IMG/VR virus record: IMGVR_UViG_3300044475_000054
Coordinates: 1 to 64,000 of that record
Origin: a virus
Taxonomy: Duplodnaviria > Heunggongvirae > Uroviricota > Caudoviricetes
Length of the DNA: 64,000 bases
Reading direction: 5' to 3' (one strand)
In this document: positions 27,782-35,472 of the stretch, piece after piece
How positions within the stretch are numbered: the stretch's first letter is position 1
Layout: every line of letters starts with the position of its first letter
Made by a program: the position numbers and the translations under genes
The notes under the pieces: model-generated
Told to the model about the DNA's origin: nothing
What the model saw: only the letters and a program-made list of their open reading frames with translations
The model's database searches: none

Positions 27782-28074
27782 TGCTCATCCCTCACATCCG
27801 ATTTTTCATTGCAGTCATAGCAGATATTAATTAAGTCTTGCGAATTAACCATTACTTCTGTGAACTCGCACTCACCATCAACTTTACCACAAAGATCGCA
27901 AACCATCATAAACTCAATATCTTGTTCAGCGTAATCTTGGAATTTACCCCAAGCAAACTTGGTCGCACTCATTGTATATTGATCACCAAGAGTTTCTTTT
28001 AAATGATCAATTGCTTTCTTAAAAGCTTCTTTGATTACTGGTTGACAATCCTCAAAACTGTAAACTTTAGACAT
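27778..28074 (-). CDS. Cys-rich (zinc-binding-like) hypothetical protein
   Basis: CDLCGKVDGECEF...CYDCNEK. RBS aaaggagataaagATG. Confidence 0.5.
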   Translation of the reverse strand: MSKVYSFEDCQPVIKEAFKKAIDHLKETLGDQYTMSATKFAWGKFQDYAEQDIEFMMVCDLCGKVDGECEFTEVMVNSQDLINICYDCNEKSDVRDEQ

Positions 28075-28236
28075 CTTTATCTCCTTTATAAAACAAACTT
28101 AAAACAAACAATATTACTAAGAGTACACTAACCGTAATCAGCACTTGTAAAAAGAATATCACAAGTGTAGGAATTAAGAAAGCAACTCCTGCAATGATTA
28201 GTAGTGTAACGATAAAACGTAGAATATAATCTACCA
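28066..28236 (-). CDS. small membrane protein (56 aa, 2 TM), not in the ORF track
   Basis: RBS caggagattaaagaATG. Hydrophobic MVDYILRFIVTLLIIAGVAFLIPTLVIFFLQVLITVSVLLVILFVLSLFY. Confidence 0.4.
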
Positions 28237-28253
28237 TTCTTTAATCTCCTGTG

Positions 28254-28625
28254 TCAATGATAACATTTAATTAAAATTCCCTCTGAGTTTGGCTCTGATC
28301 TTCGTTTAACCAAGTATCGAGTTGGTTCTATTCTTTGTGAGTCCCATTTCTTAGAAAACCAACTATTATTGTAGTAGTCTAAAGGGCTGTCATAATCGAT
28401 CCACCACAAATAGTACATCTTAGGACAAAGGATATTAGCAACCTTAGACCATCTCGTAAAATAAGATACCCACCAAAAGTAAGGACTCTCAACTTTCTTA
28501 TACTCTTTCCAAAACTTATAACAATCTTTGAGGAATTGTTTTCGTGTTAACTTCTCCTCTCGTTGTTTAATCTTAGCTAAAGAACGTTTATGTCTCTCTT
28601 GCTCAACAATATCTTTAATTTCCAT
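28254..28625 (-). CDS. hypothetical Trp/Tyr-rich protein
   Basis: ORF. ATGA overlap with the upstream gene. Confidence 0.45.
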   Translation of the reverse strand: MEIKDIVEQERHKRSLAKIKQREEKLTRKQFLKDCYKFWKEYKKVESPYFWWVSYFTRWSKVANILCPKMYYLWWIDYDSPLDYYNNSWFSKKWDSQRIEPTRYLVKRRSEPNSEGILIKCYH

Positions 28626-29002
28626 TACTTAGTTTTCCATTTGTTGGCTATTTTCTCCAAATCCTCAAATGTTTCCCAGTTAATACTGAAACTGAACTCT
28701 CCATGTTGTACTGGAATATAACTAATTGGAGGTTTTCGAGTATAAGAAAGTCTGTATTTATTTACGGTCACAGTATTTTTACGAATAGTTAAACTTACCT
28801 CATATCCGTAATCTACATAAAGCACATCATCGTACCACTGACAAGATTCTGATAACATTTTGTTTGGATTGTATAATGAATAACTTTTCTTACTATGTAG
28901 ATTACTTCCAAAAATAGTTTTTATCTTTTGGATTTCTTCCTTTGTAAACTCGTTTGGTATCATATGAAGGGTATGCTTTAAAGCTTCTAAAAGTCTAAAC
29001 AC
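28625..29002 (-). CDS. hypothetical protein
   Basis: ORF. Confidence 0.45.
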   Translation of the reverse strand: MFRLLEALKHTLHMIPNEFTKEEIQKIKTIFGSNLHSKKSYSLYNPNKMLSESCQWYDDVLYVDYGYEVSLTIRKNTVTVNKYRLSYTRKPPISYIPVQHGEFSFSINWETFEDLEKIANKWKTK

Positions 29003-29094
29003 CTAAATGTCCTTTAAACATAAAAATAGGGATACGCAGATTTTACCCCAAACATCCCTATCGTGTCAATATTTATTAACGGTTAGAATAAGCG

Positions 29095-29790
29095 TTAACT
29101 AGGAAGAATTTTCTTCTTTGGCTTCTTAGTTAAACCATCTTCTTGTTCCTTTTGGAAAGCTTCTATTTCAGCTTCAAACTTCTTTTGTTGAAACTCTGCG
29201 AAGTTTTCAAGTCGTTCACTCAACTCATCAGCATCGAAATAGTAATCTTGCCCTTTGAGTACGTTATCAATTTCTTGTTCTGTCAGCAACCCTTCATAAG
29301 CATCACGAACCATCTTATGAACACGTTTACGATCAAACATAATCGAAGCGTAGTTTTCATGCTCTTTCCCAATCGTACCAGATGAAGCGGTGTGCACGAA
29401 AAATTCAGCTCGTGGAGAAATGGAGTACGTGTGACAATTTAGGAAGATGATCGTAGCTGCACTACCGCATCGACTTTCAATATGTCCATGTACACGTGCT
29501 TGTGTATTCTGAATTGCGTTAATGATTACATCTGCTGTACCTAATAAACCCCCGCCTGAATGAATACGAATAATAAACTCATCATCAGGTGAAGCATAGT
29601 TCAGAGCATCAATCAAATCAAAGTAATCATCAACTTCGGTAATTTCACCAAACAACTTATAGTCGTAAGTATTGAATGTTGTTTCCTTAACTTGCAAACG
29701 ACTAGGTTTGTCTAATGGGAACATAGGTAACACATCAAAATCTGAATTACCAGTTGTTTTGTCGACCTTGCCTAAAACTTTGTGTTTCAT
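29095..29790 (-). CDS. ClpP-like serine peptidase (S14 family)
   Basis: FIIRIHSGGGLLGTADVIINAIQNT, HGHIESRCGSAATIIFL (Gly-x-Ser-Ala nucleophile context), and downstream His/Asp candidates. RBS ataaggagatttaaATG. Confidence 0.6.
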   Translation of the reverse strand: MKHKVLGKVDKTTGNSDFDVLPMFPLDKPSRLQVKETTFNTYDYKLFGEITEVDDYFDLIDALNYASPDDEFIIRIHSGGGLLGTADVIINAIQNTQARVHGHIESRCGSAATIIFLNCHTYSISPRAEFFVHTASSGTIGKEHENYASIMFDRKRVHKMVRDAYEGLLTEQEIDNVLKGQDYYFDADELSERLENFAEFQQKKFEAEIEAFQKEQEDGLTKKPKKKILPS

Positions 29791-29800
29791 TTAAATCTCC

Positions 29801-29992
29801 TTATTTATAAAAAGCTAGTAGTGGATATACGAGCACAAACAACCAACCAAATGTTAAACCTCGTAAAACATTACCAATAATTCCACCAACAAGATTTGAT
29901 GAGGTTTTTGATTTAGTTGCTACTCGATAAATACTTGCAATGGTTGTTGTAATGACTAAGAAAGAGCACAACCAAAATAAAACATAAATCAT
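29801..29992 (-). CDS. small membrane protein (2 TM)
   Basis: Hydrophobic 63 aa. RBS aaaggagatttataaATG. Confidence 0.45.
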   Translation of the reverse strand: MIYVLFWLCSFLVITTTIASIYRVATKSKTSSNLVGGIIGNVLRGLTFGWLFVLVYPLLAFYK

Positions 29993-30005
29993 TTATAAAT
30001 CTCCT

Positions 30006-30815
30006 TTATTCCATATTTAAATTATCATAACTTTCTGTAATGAATCGAGAGAAGTCACCACGACGGTTCTCTGAGTGTTCTAAACGCACATAATGGAACA
30101 GATCGTTATTAGATACACGAACACCTTCCTCATTTACTTCTGTTACACGATTAATTAGGTCACTAAACCCGTCTTTACGCCATTTAGTTGAATAACGTTG
30201 TTTAGCATCACCTGCAACAACTACAACGGAGTCATCTGTGATACGTTCCAACACAAGTTTGTTAATATCTGGTGTCATCCACTGGTTTTCATCAACTATG
30301 ATGATTGATTTACTCCAAGTTTCGCCACCACACCAGTTTGGAAATTTAAATTCAATACGACCTAACCGTTCTTCCATCTCAAGTTTTTCTTTTGACATAA
30401 ACGTTTGGAAGATACTTCGCATTGCTTCAAGATGTACATCAAACTTGACTTCATTTGTTGACAACGCACCCAAATCATCTATACCTAAAGTGCTAGGAGT
30501 TTTAATAAAGAGAATCTTATCATATTTACCAGTCTTCATCATTTTCAAAGCTTGGAACACGATAGTAGATGACTTACCACATCCTGACGGAGCTGAAACA
30601 ATAGTACAACGGTGATTGGACATGCCATAAATAATACTCTTTTGAGCTACTGATGGTTTGAACCAACTCAAATCATATTCTTCGTTACACACAACACGTT
30701 CAGAATTTACTTGATTCTCACCACGATTCCTACGTTTCTCATGTTTATCACCAACAGCTTGTCCTTGACTGTAGTACGCTTTTGGTTGTTTGTGCTGTTG
30801 TCTACGTTTACTCAT
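30006..30815 (-). CDS. phoH: PhoH-like ATPase
   Basis: Walker A APSGCGKSST, Walker B IIIVDENQW, and PhoH-like overall layout. RBS gtaggagaatgtagATG. Confidence 0.75.
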   Translation of the reverse strand: MSKRRQQHKQPKAYYSQGQAVGDKHEKRRNRGENQVNSERVVCNEEYDLSWFKPSVAQKSIIYGMSNHRCTIVSAPSGCGKSSTIVFQALKMMKTGKYDKILFIKTPSTLGIDDLGALSTNEVKFDVHLEAMRSIFQTFMSKEKLEMEERLGRIEFKFPNWCGGETWSKSIIIVDENQWMTPDINKLVLERITDDSVVVVAGDAKQRYSTKWRKDGFSDLINRVTEVNEEGVRVSNNDLFHYVRLEHSENRRGDFSRFITESYDNLNME

Positions 30816-30913
30816 CTACATTCTCCTACACCCTTGTTGAAATAATTAAGTTGTTGTGTTGGTTTTAAAGTAACACACCTAAAACAATTAAGCAATAGGT
30901 GTATTAGTATTAT

Positions 30914-31138
30914 TTACCGATTATCTGTAGTACAGCTAGGTGGAGATTCTTTTAGAGCTTGTTTTGCTATCCAAATCTCTTTGCTACATACAGGGCATTT
31001 AATAACATAGCACGTTTCGTTCCTATCATCGACAATCTTTGCTTCATGTTTCATAAACTGGATGTGAGATAAGCAACCCCCACACACAACATCATAGTTT
31101 TTATCTTTGTCAGGAACACCTCTAGATAGAATCTTCAT
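30914..31138 (-). CDS. zinc-ribbon protein
   Basis: Two Cys pairs (CGGC ... CPVC). RBS gtgaggtgttaaATG. Confidence 0.5.
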   Translation of the reverse strand: MKILSRGVPDKDKNYDVVCGGCLSHIQFMKHEAKIVDDRNETCYVIKCPVCSKEIWIAKQALKESPPSCTTDNR

Positions 31139-31149
31139 TTAACACCTCA

Positions 31150-31512
31150 CTAAGTTGTTTTTTTTGTTGGTGTACGTTTAGCTACTGTTTTAGCCTCTGT
31201 TGCAACCACAGGTACGTCAGTACCTCCACTACCACTAACCTCGCTAGAATCGTCTTTTAGAGCACTTTCCTTTGATGTTTCAGCTTCTTGTTTAGGTGCG
31301 TTTACGTGCGTACCGTCCAAACTAATATAATGACTTGTTAAAGGCACTAAGATTGCTTGATATGTAGAACCCATACCACCAGTTGGACAATGACTGTTGA
31401 GCATTGATGGTGTAAATCCTTTACTTCCCAAGTAAGCAATTTCAAATGTAAATTCAGGTAAGCTGTAAGCTGTTACTGTAATACTACCATCGTGATTTAG
31501 TGTTTGTGCCAT
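31150..31512 (-). CDS. hypothetical protein with disordered Lys/Thr-rich C-terminus
   Basis: RBS aagaggaaattaaacATG. Confidence 0.5.
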   Translation of the reverse strand: MAQTLNHDGSITVTAYSLPEFTFEIAYLGSKGFTPSMLNSHCPTGGMGSTYQAILVPLTSHYISLDGTHVNAPKQEAETSKESALKDDSSEVSGSGGTDVPVVATEAKTVAKRTPTKKTT

Positions 31513-31528
31513 GTTTAATTTCCTCTTG

Positions 31529-31957
31529 TTAATAATGTGTGTTTTTAACTATTGTGTTAAGTTTTTGTGCAATCAGAGTATTTTCAACATCTGACAGAAC
31601 TACTGTTTTACTCAATATGAAGCTATGGTTCTCTACACACCAAGCATACAGCTTCTCTTGATTATACGATAAGACTTCGTAGTTGTTTGTTTGAAATACA
31701 GATGTGTATTTACAGTGATTGTAGTTCATCTTAATGTTATGTACTGTAGCAGGTTTTACACCAAGCATTTTTGAAATAATTGGAGCGTTAAAACCTAATA
31801 TTAAAAGACAACGAACTAAGTCAACATCCTTCTTTGAAAGCTTACCTGTGCAAACTTCTAAAGGTTTTGGAATTTTCCTTTCGTGTTTGATAGGTCGTAA
31901 GTTGTTCGCAATACTTCTTGCTGCCCTGTTCAACGGTATTAAATAAAATTGACGCAT
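31529..31957 (-). CDS. helix-turn-helix DNA-binding regulator (possible sigma-region-4-like)
   Basis: HTH-like segment LVRCLLILGFNAPIISKMLGVKPATVHNIK. First gene of the leftward operon, next to a consensus promoter. Confidence 0.4.
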   Translation of the reverse strand: MRQFYLIPLNRAARSIANNLRPIKHERKIPKPLEVCTGKLSKKDVDLVRCLLILGFNAPIISKMLGVKPATVHNIKMNYNHCKYTSVFQTNNYEVLSYNQEKLYAWCVENHSFILSKTVVLSDVENTLIAQKLNTIVKNTHY

Positions 31958-32027
31958 TTAAGCTCCTTAATCCTAATAACCATCTAAAGTTCTCCTACAA
32001 TCTTTAGATTTCTTTGTGTATGTTTAG

Positions 32028-32056
32028 ATTATATAACGACATATCAATATTTGCAA
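32028..32056 (-). promoter_or_regulatory. near-consensus sigma70 promoter (minus strand) TTGCAA-N17-TATAAT for the leftward operon
   Basis: Reverse complement reads ttgcaa atattgatatgtcgtta tataat. Confidence 0.5.
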
Positions 32057-32145
32057 CCCCTAAACACAACAAATTTGGGATATTTATTTTTCTTTGTTTT
32101 ACACACACTTAGATCATTGTTACAAAAATGTTTGGTTTTAGGGTA

Positions 32146-32175
32146 TTGACAAGATCGATGGTGTACCCCTATACT
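32146..32175 (+). promoter_or_regulatory. sigma70-like promoter ttgaca-N18-tatact, divergent from the 32028 promoter
   Basis: TTGACA 32146-32151, TATACT 32170-32175. Confidence 0.4.
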
Positions 32176-32179
32176 GCAA

Positions 32180-32460
32180 GGAAGGGGTTAGGGGTTGAGT
32201 TATATATTTATCTAGTTTAAATAATATTACTATATTGAATACATGAGCTATGTATGATTCAAGAGCTTTTATATAATTATATATATATTAATAAATACTA
32301 AATATAATACTTACTATAATACTTATATTAAATACTAATAATATACTTACAGTAAGTATATCTTATGAATACTTAAAGTATTACATACTGTATTAGATAT
32401 ACCTGTATATGATTTAATAAGAATAAATCTTATTTAGATATAATTATATTTATATACTTG
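32180..32460. repeat. AT-rich repeat region with ATACTTA-type motifs and a 19-nt palindrome (32342-32360), related to window positions 1-250
   Basis: tatacttac-a-gtaagtata palindrome. Motifs aatacttacagta and gtattacat/ttagatata are shared with 40-105 of the window. Confidence 0.4.
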
Positions 32461-32680
32461 TGTTTGGTGTTGTTCTTGTTTGGTGCTAAGAGCGAAGCGA
32501 TAGGTTTGTCATGTTGGTGTTCTAGGTGTTACCTGATTGAGTTAAACACAATAAACCTAATCTTTTGTTGTTTCTTACTAATTTGGTGTAATTTGATTGA
32601 ATTTAACCTGATTTGGTGTAAAAAAGATAAAAATATTTGTGTTTTGATTGTTTTGTGTGCTAATTTGTGTGTTCAAGGGG

Positions 32681-32708
32681 TTGACACTAGAGGAACTTAT
32701 GTTAAACT
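32681..32708 (+). promoter_or_regulatory. sigma70-like promoter ttgaca-N16-taaact reading into the ORF-free structured region
   Basis: TTGACA 32681-32686, TAAACT 32703-32708. Preceded by four tttggtgt direct repeats at 32466, 32483, 32584 and 32615. Confidence 0.4.
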
Positions 32709-32759
32709 TACTCTATACCCACAAGAAAACATGCATTACTTTTTGTGTTGGTTAAGGCG

Positions 32760-33600
32760 GTAGATCGAAGTTCTCCTAACTTCCTTACTATCTGTGGAGA
32801 GTCAACTCCACACTATGAGAGCTTTGGTAAGCACAGATAAGTTAGAGAGTTCGATTCTTCTAAGCGTGAAATACGTTATCGTGGTGAATACGTAATGTGT
32901 GAGTAGGTTCAAATCCTACAGCTCTCCACCAAATATCTCCTATGTCGCTACTCGTTCGTATTAAAGTTCATCTCCTTACTTTGATATGATTGCTAGGTAG
33001 TCCGCATAATCGTAAGCGGAACTAATTTAAATTGAATGGAGTAAGATTATGAAAGATGGTTATGGTTTAGGTAGCGAAGGCTACGGGCTAGGTTGAGTCA
33101 AAATTATGCGGAAACCAAGATGGTGTAGTGAAGTAAACGACTAGTTAAGTTTATGAATCGAGAGTCAGAGCATATCTGATAATTCCGCTCCAAATTAAAC
33201 AACACCAAACAAGCCTAGAATGATGGATTCCATTGTGCTGTATCGGGATGTTAATAAACATGACTTCGGTAGATGCTCAAACTGTTTGGTTGCTTATGGT
33301 GTTATGACCTTCCACCGTACACAAAGGTCGCTTATTTTAGATATATTTGATGAAAACCAGTAACACATAGTTACTAAGGTATTTCAAGTATTCAAAACGG
33401 TGTTGGATGTTGAATGAGCTTCAAATCCCTCAAGACTAATCTGTGAAGTTAGTCAATTTTATTGAGAAGTAATTGGTCAAGAGTATCCTTTCAGTTGTTT
33501 AAAGACTCACCCATGCGCGTGTTAGTTTAGATTGTCTGTGTAACTATTTGCAATGTCGTTACAGATTACTTCATCAATAAAATTATAATAACAAATTAGG
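32760..33600 (+). ncRNA. candidate large structured noncoding RNA (~850 nt, ORF-free, GC-enriched relative to flanks) containing a tRNA-like T-arm (32903-32927)
   Basis: No ORF over 60 aa on either strand. Many local and long-range complementarities: gtggag/ctccac at 32794-32811; tatctgtg/cacagata at 32789/32832; ccgcataat/attatgcgg at 33002/33102; gcggaa/ttccgc at 33017/33184; gtagc-gaagg-gctac at 33071-33086; gactaa...ttagtc at 33443-33466. The T-arm reads gtagg-TTCAAAT-cctac then agctctcc-acca. A strong promoter lies upstream. Confidence 0.3.
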
Positions 33601-33611
33601 ATAATAACCAT

Positions 33612-33839
33612 ATGTCAGGACGTTGCCAGTGTTGTAACAGGATTTTACTTCGACCTACAGGAACTCGTACATTAAGTGACGGGACGAAAGTTGAAGAGAC
33701 ATTCTGTAATGTGTGTAGAAACGAAGTTAATCAAATCTTACGAGATACAGAATATAATAAGAATACAAAGTTTGATGGAATTATAGAACAGCAAATGTTT
33801 TATGGTTGTGTTACTCCTCAGAAAAATCCTATCTATTAA
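33612..33839 (+). CDS. zinc-ribbon small protein
   Basis: CQCC...CNVC Cys pairs. RBS attaggataataaccatATG. Confidence 0.45.
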   Translation: MSGRCQCCNRILLRPTGTRTLSDGTKVEETFCNVCRNEVNQILRDTEYNKNTKFDGIIEQQMFYGCVTPQKNPIY

Positions 33840-34193
33840 TTAAAAAGTTTTGTTGGTTGAATCTGCTAGACGCACAGAAGTCGTAGTTATTGCACACTAC
33901 CAACCAACAATTTAGTTTTGCTGTGTAGATGAGAAGGTGTGGTATCCTCTCGTTAAACTAACAAACCTCAAGATGTACTTAGTGAGTGGGTGTACTCGAA
34001 AGCAGAAATGGTTACACCAACACAGCAATTTAGTTTTATTGGATGAAGCGAAACCTAAGTTTTAATGATGAATTATTTTAAATATTTGTTAATATAATTC
34101 TTGTCAGATAAGGTAGCTTCTGAAAGTCGATTAGTCCTCGATTTCTGACATTTACATTCAGGACTAAATTAATGTTTTTGACTAGAGGTTTAA

Positions 34194-35249
34194 ATGAAAA
34201 CACTCAAATTACGCATAAAAGACAAACACGCAAAGGTGCTAAATCAGATGGCTTCTGAGGTTAATTTTGTCTGGAATTATGTGAACGATTTGGGTTTCAA
34301 GCATCTAAAAAGAAAGGGCGAGTTTCTTTCAGCATACGATATTGCCAAGTATACAAAAGGCGCATCAAAAGAATGCAATCTACATAGCCAAACGATTCAG
34401 GCTGTGACCGAAGAATTAGTCATACGAAGAAAACAGTTCAAGAAAGCAAAGTTGAAATGGCGTGTCAGTAATAAAAAATCAGCTAGGCGTTCATTGGGTT
34501 GGATACCGTTCAAAAAGGTTGCAATCAAATATGCTGATGGCTACGTGCAGTATGGCAAGCATCAATTCAAGCTATGGGATAGCTATGGACTATCAAAATA
34601 CAATGTTAGAACAGGCGCATTTGTAGAGGATAGTCGTGGGCGTTGGTATGTGTGTCTTGTTGTGGATTCACCTAAGCAAGATAAACCAAAGGCAACCAAA
34701 GCAATCGGTATTGATCTAGGCTTGAAAGATGTTGCCACCTGTTCTGATGGTACGGTTGTTTCAAATCCTAAGTTCTATCGTAAATATGAGCAGAAATTAG
34801 GGATTGCTCAAAGAGCAAGAAATAAGGAGCGTGTTCGTGCATTACACGCAAAAATTGCCAATAGTCGTAAAGACCATTTGCATAAAGCAAGTACTATGCT
34901 TGTAAAAAATAATGCTATGATTGTTGTAGGTGACTTGAGTGCTAAAAAACTTGTAAAAACTAAAATGGCGAAATCTGTTTTAGATACAGGATTTTCAGCA
35001 CTCAAAACAATGCTCAAGTACAAATGCGAGAACGCAGGAGTATTGTTTGAAGAAGTCAACGAATCATATACCACCCGAACTTGTAATTTTTGTAGTGGAG
35101 ATACTGGACCACGTGGAATTAACGGTCTTGGAATAAGAGAATGGGAGTGTCGTGACTGCGGTACAGTTCATGATAGAGATGTAAACTCAGCTCTTAACAT
35201 TCTTGCGCTCGGGCATGAGCGTCTAGTAGTAGGAATCCCCTTGCTTTAG
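34194..35249 (+). CDS. tnpB: IS200/IS605-family TnpB (OrfB) RNA-guided nuclease homolog, with an apparent Glu-to-Gly change at RuvC-II
   Basis: OrfB_IS605 layout. RuvC-I AIGIDLGLKD. Central MIVVGDLSAKKL where the family has ivvEdL. Zinc finger CNFCSG...CRDCG. RuvC-III HDRDVNSALNIL. RBS tagaggtttaaATG. Confidence 0.8.
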   Translation: MKTLKLRIKDKHAKVLNQMASEVNFVWNYVNDLGFKHLKRKGEFLSAYDIAKYTKGASKECNLHSQTIQAVTEELVIRRKQFKKAKLKWRVSNKKSARRSLGWIPFKKVAIKYADGYVQYGKHQFKLWDSYGLSKYNVRTGAFVEDSRGRWYVCLVVDSPKQDKPKATKAIGIDLGLKDVATCSDGTVVSNPKFYRKYEQKLGIAQRARNKERVRALHAKIANSRKDHLHKASTMLVKNNAMIVVGDLSAKKLVKTKMAKSVLDTGFSALKTMLKYKCENAGVLFEEVNESYTTRTCNFCSGDTGPRGINGLGIREWECRDCGTVHDRDVNSALNILALGHERLVVGIPLL

Positions 35250-35440
35250 ATTGGGGAGGATGTCAAAACAAGAAAATAACAATAAATAACAATTATTAGG
35301 TTGATAACAAGAAAGAAAATAACAATAAATAAGAACTTAGCAATTAAGTTCAATAAATGTGCCTTACGGCATGTTGCGGAGAGGGGAACAGTTATGTGTT
35401 CTCGGTGTTGAGACAGGTTAGCGTGGTCATCAATACAACA
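35250..35440 (+). ncRNA. candidate omegaRNA scaffold / IS right end downstream of tnpB
   Basis: 18-nt direct repeat gaaaataacaataaataa at 35272 and 35315. GC-rich hairpins tgccttacggca and gcggagaggggaacag...ctcggtgttgagacagg, then an AT-rich run before the next gene. Confidence 0.35.
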
Positions 35441-35472
35441 TATATTAAATAAAACAACAATAAGGTGATAAG

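Noticed and set aside
30238-30615. Plus-strand 125-aa ORF inside phoH, and 26387-26674 plus inside the dCMP deaminase gene
   Set aside because: Both are antisense to enzymes with clear catalytic motifs.
32458-32763. 101-aa plus-strand ORF (MCLVLFLFGAK...)
   Set aside because: It lies across the tttggtgt direct repeats and the ttgaca-taaact promoter. It has no RBS and is Cys/Leu/Phe-rich with low complexity. A coincidental ORF in regulatory DNA is more likely.
32817-32930. Calling a complete tRNA gene
   Set aside because: The T-arm and acceptor tail are convincing, but the only matching 5' acceptor strand is 104 nt upstream. No D-arm or anticodon arm of canonical geometry could be built by eye, so only the motif is reported.
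34808-35074. Minus-strand 88-aa ORF inside tnpB
   Set aside because: It is antisense to the intact TnpB reading frame.
35430-35462. Possible TnpB guide match to 20650-20680 (tacaacata ... ataaaaca shared)
   Set aside because: The match needs a 6-nt indel and occurs in low-complexity AT-rich sequence. It is likely chance.
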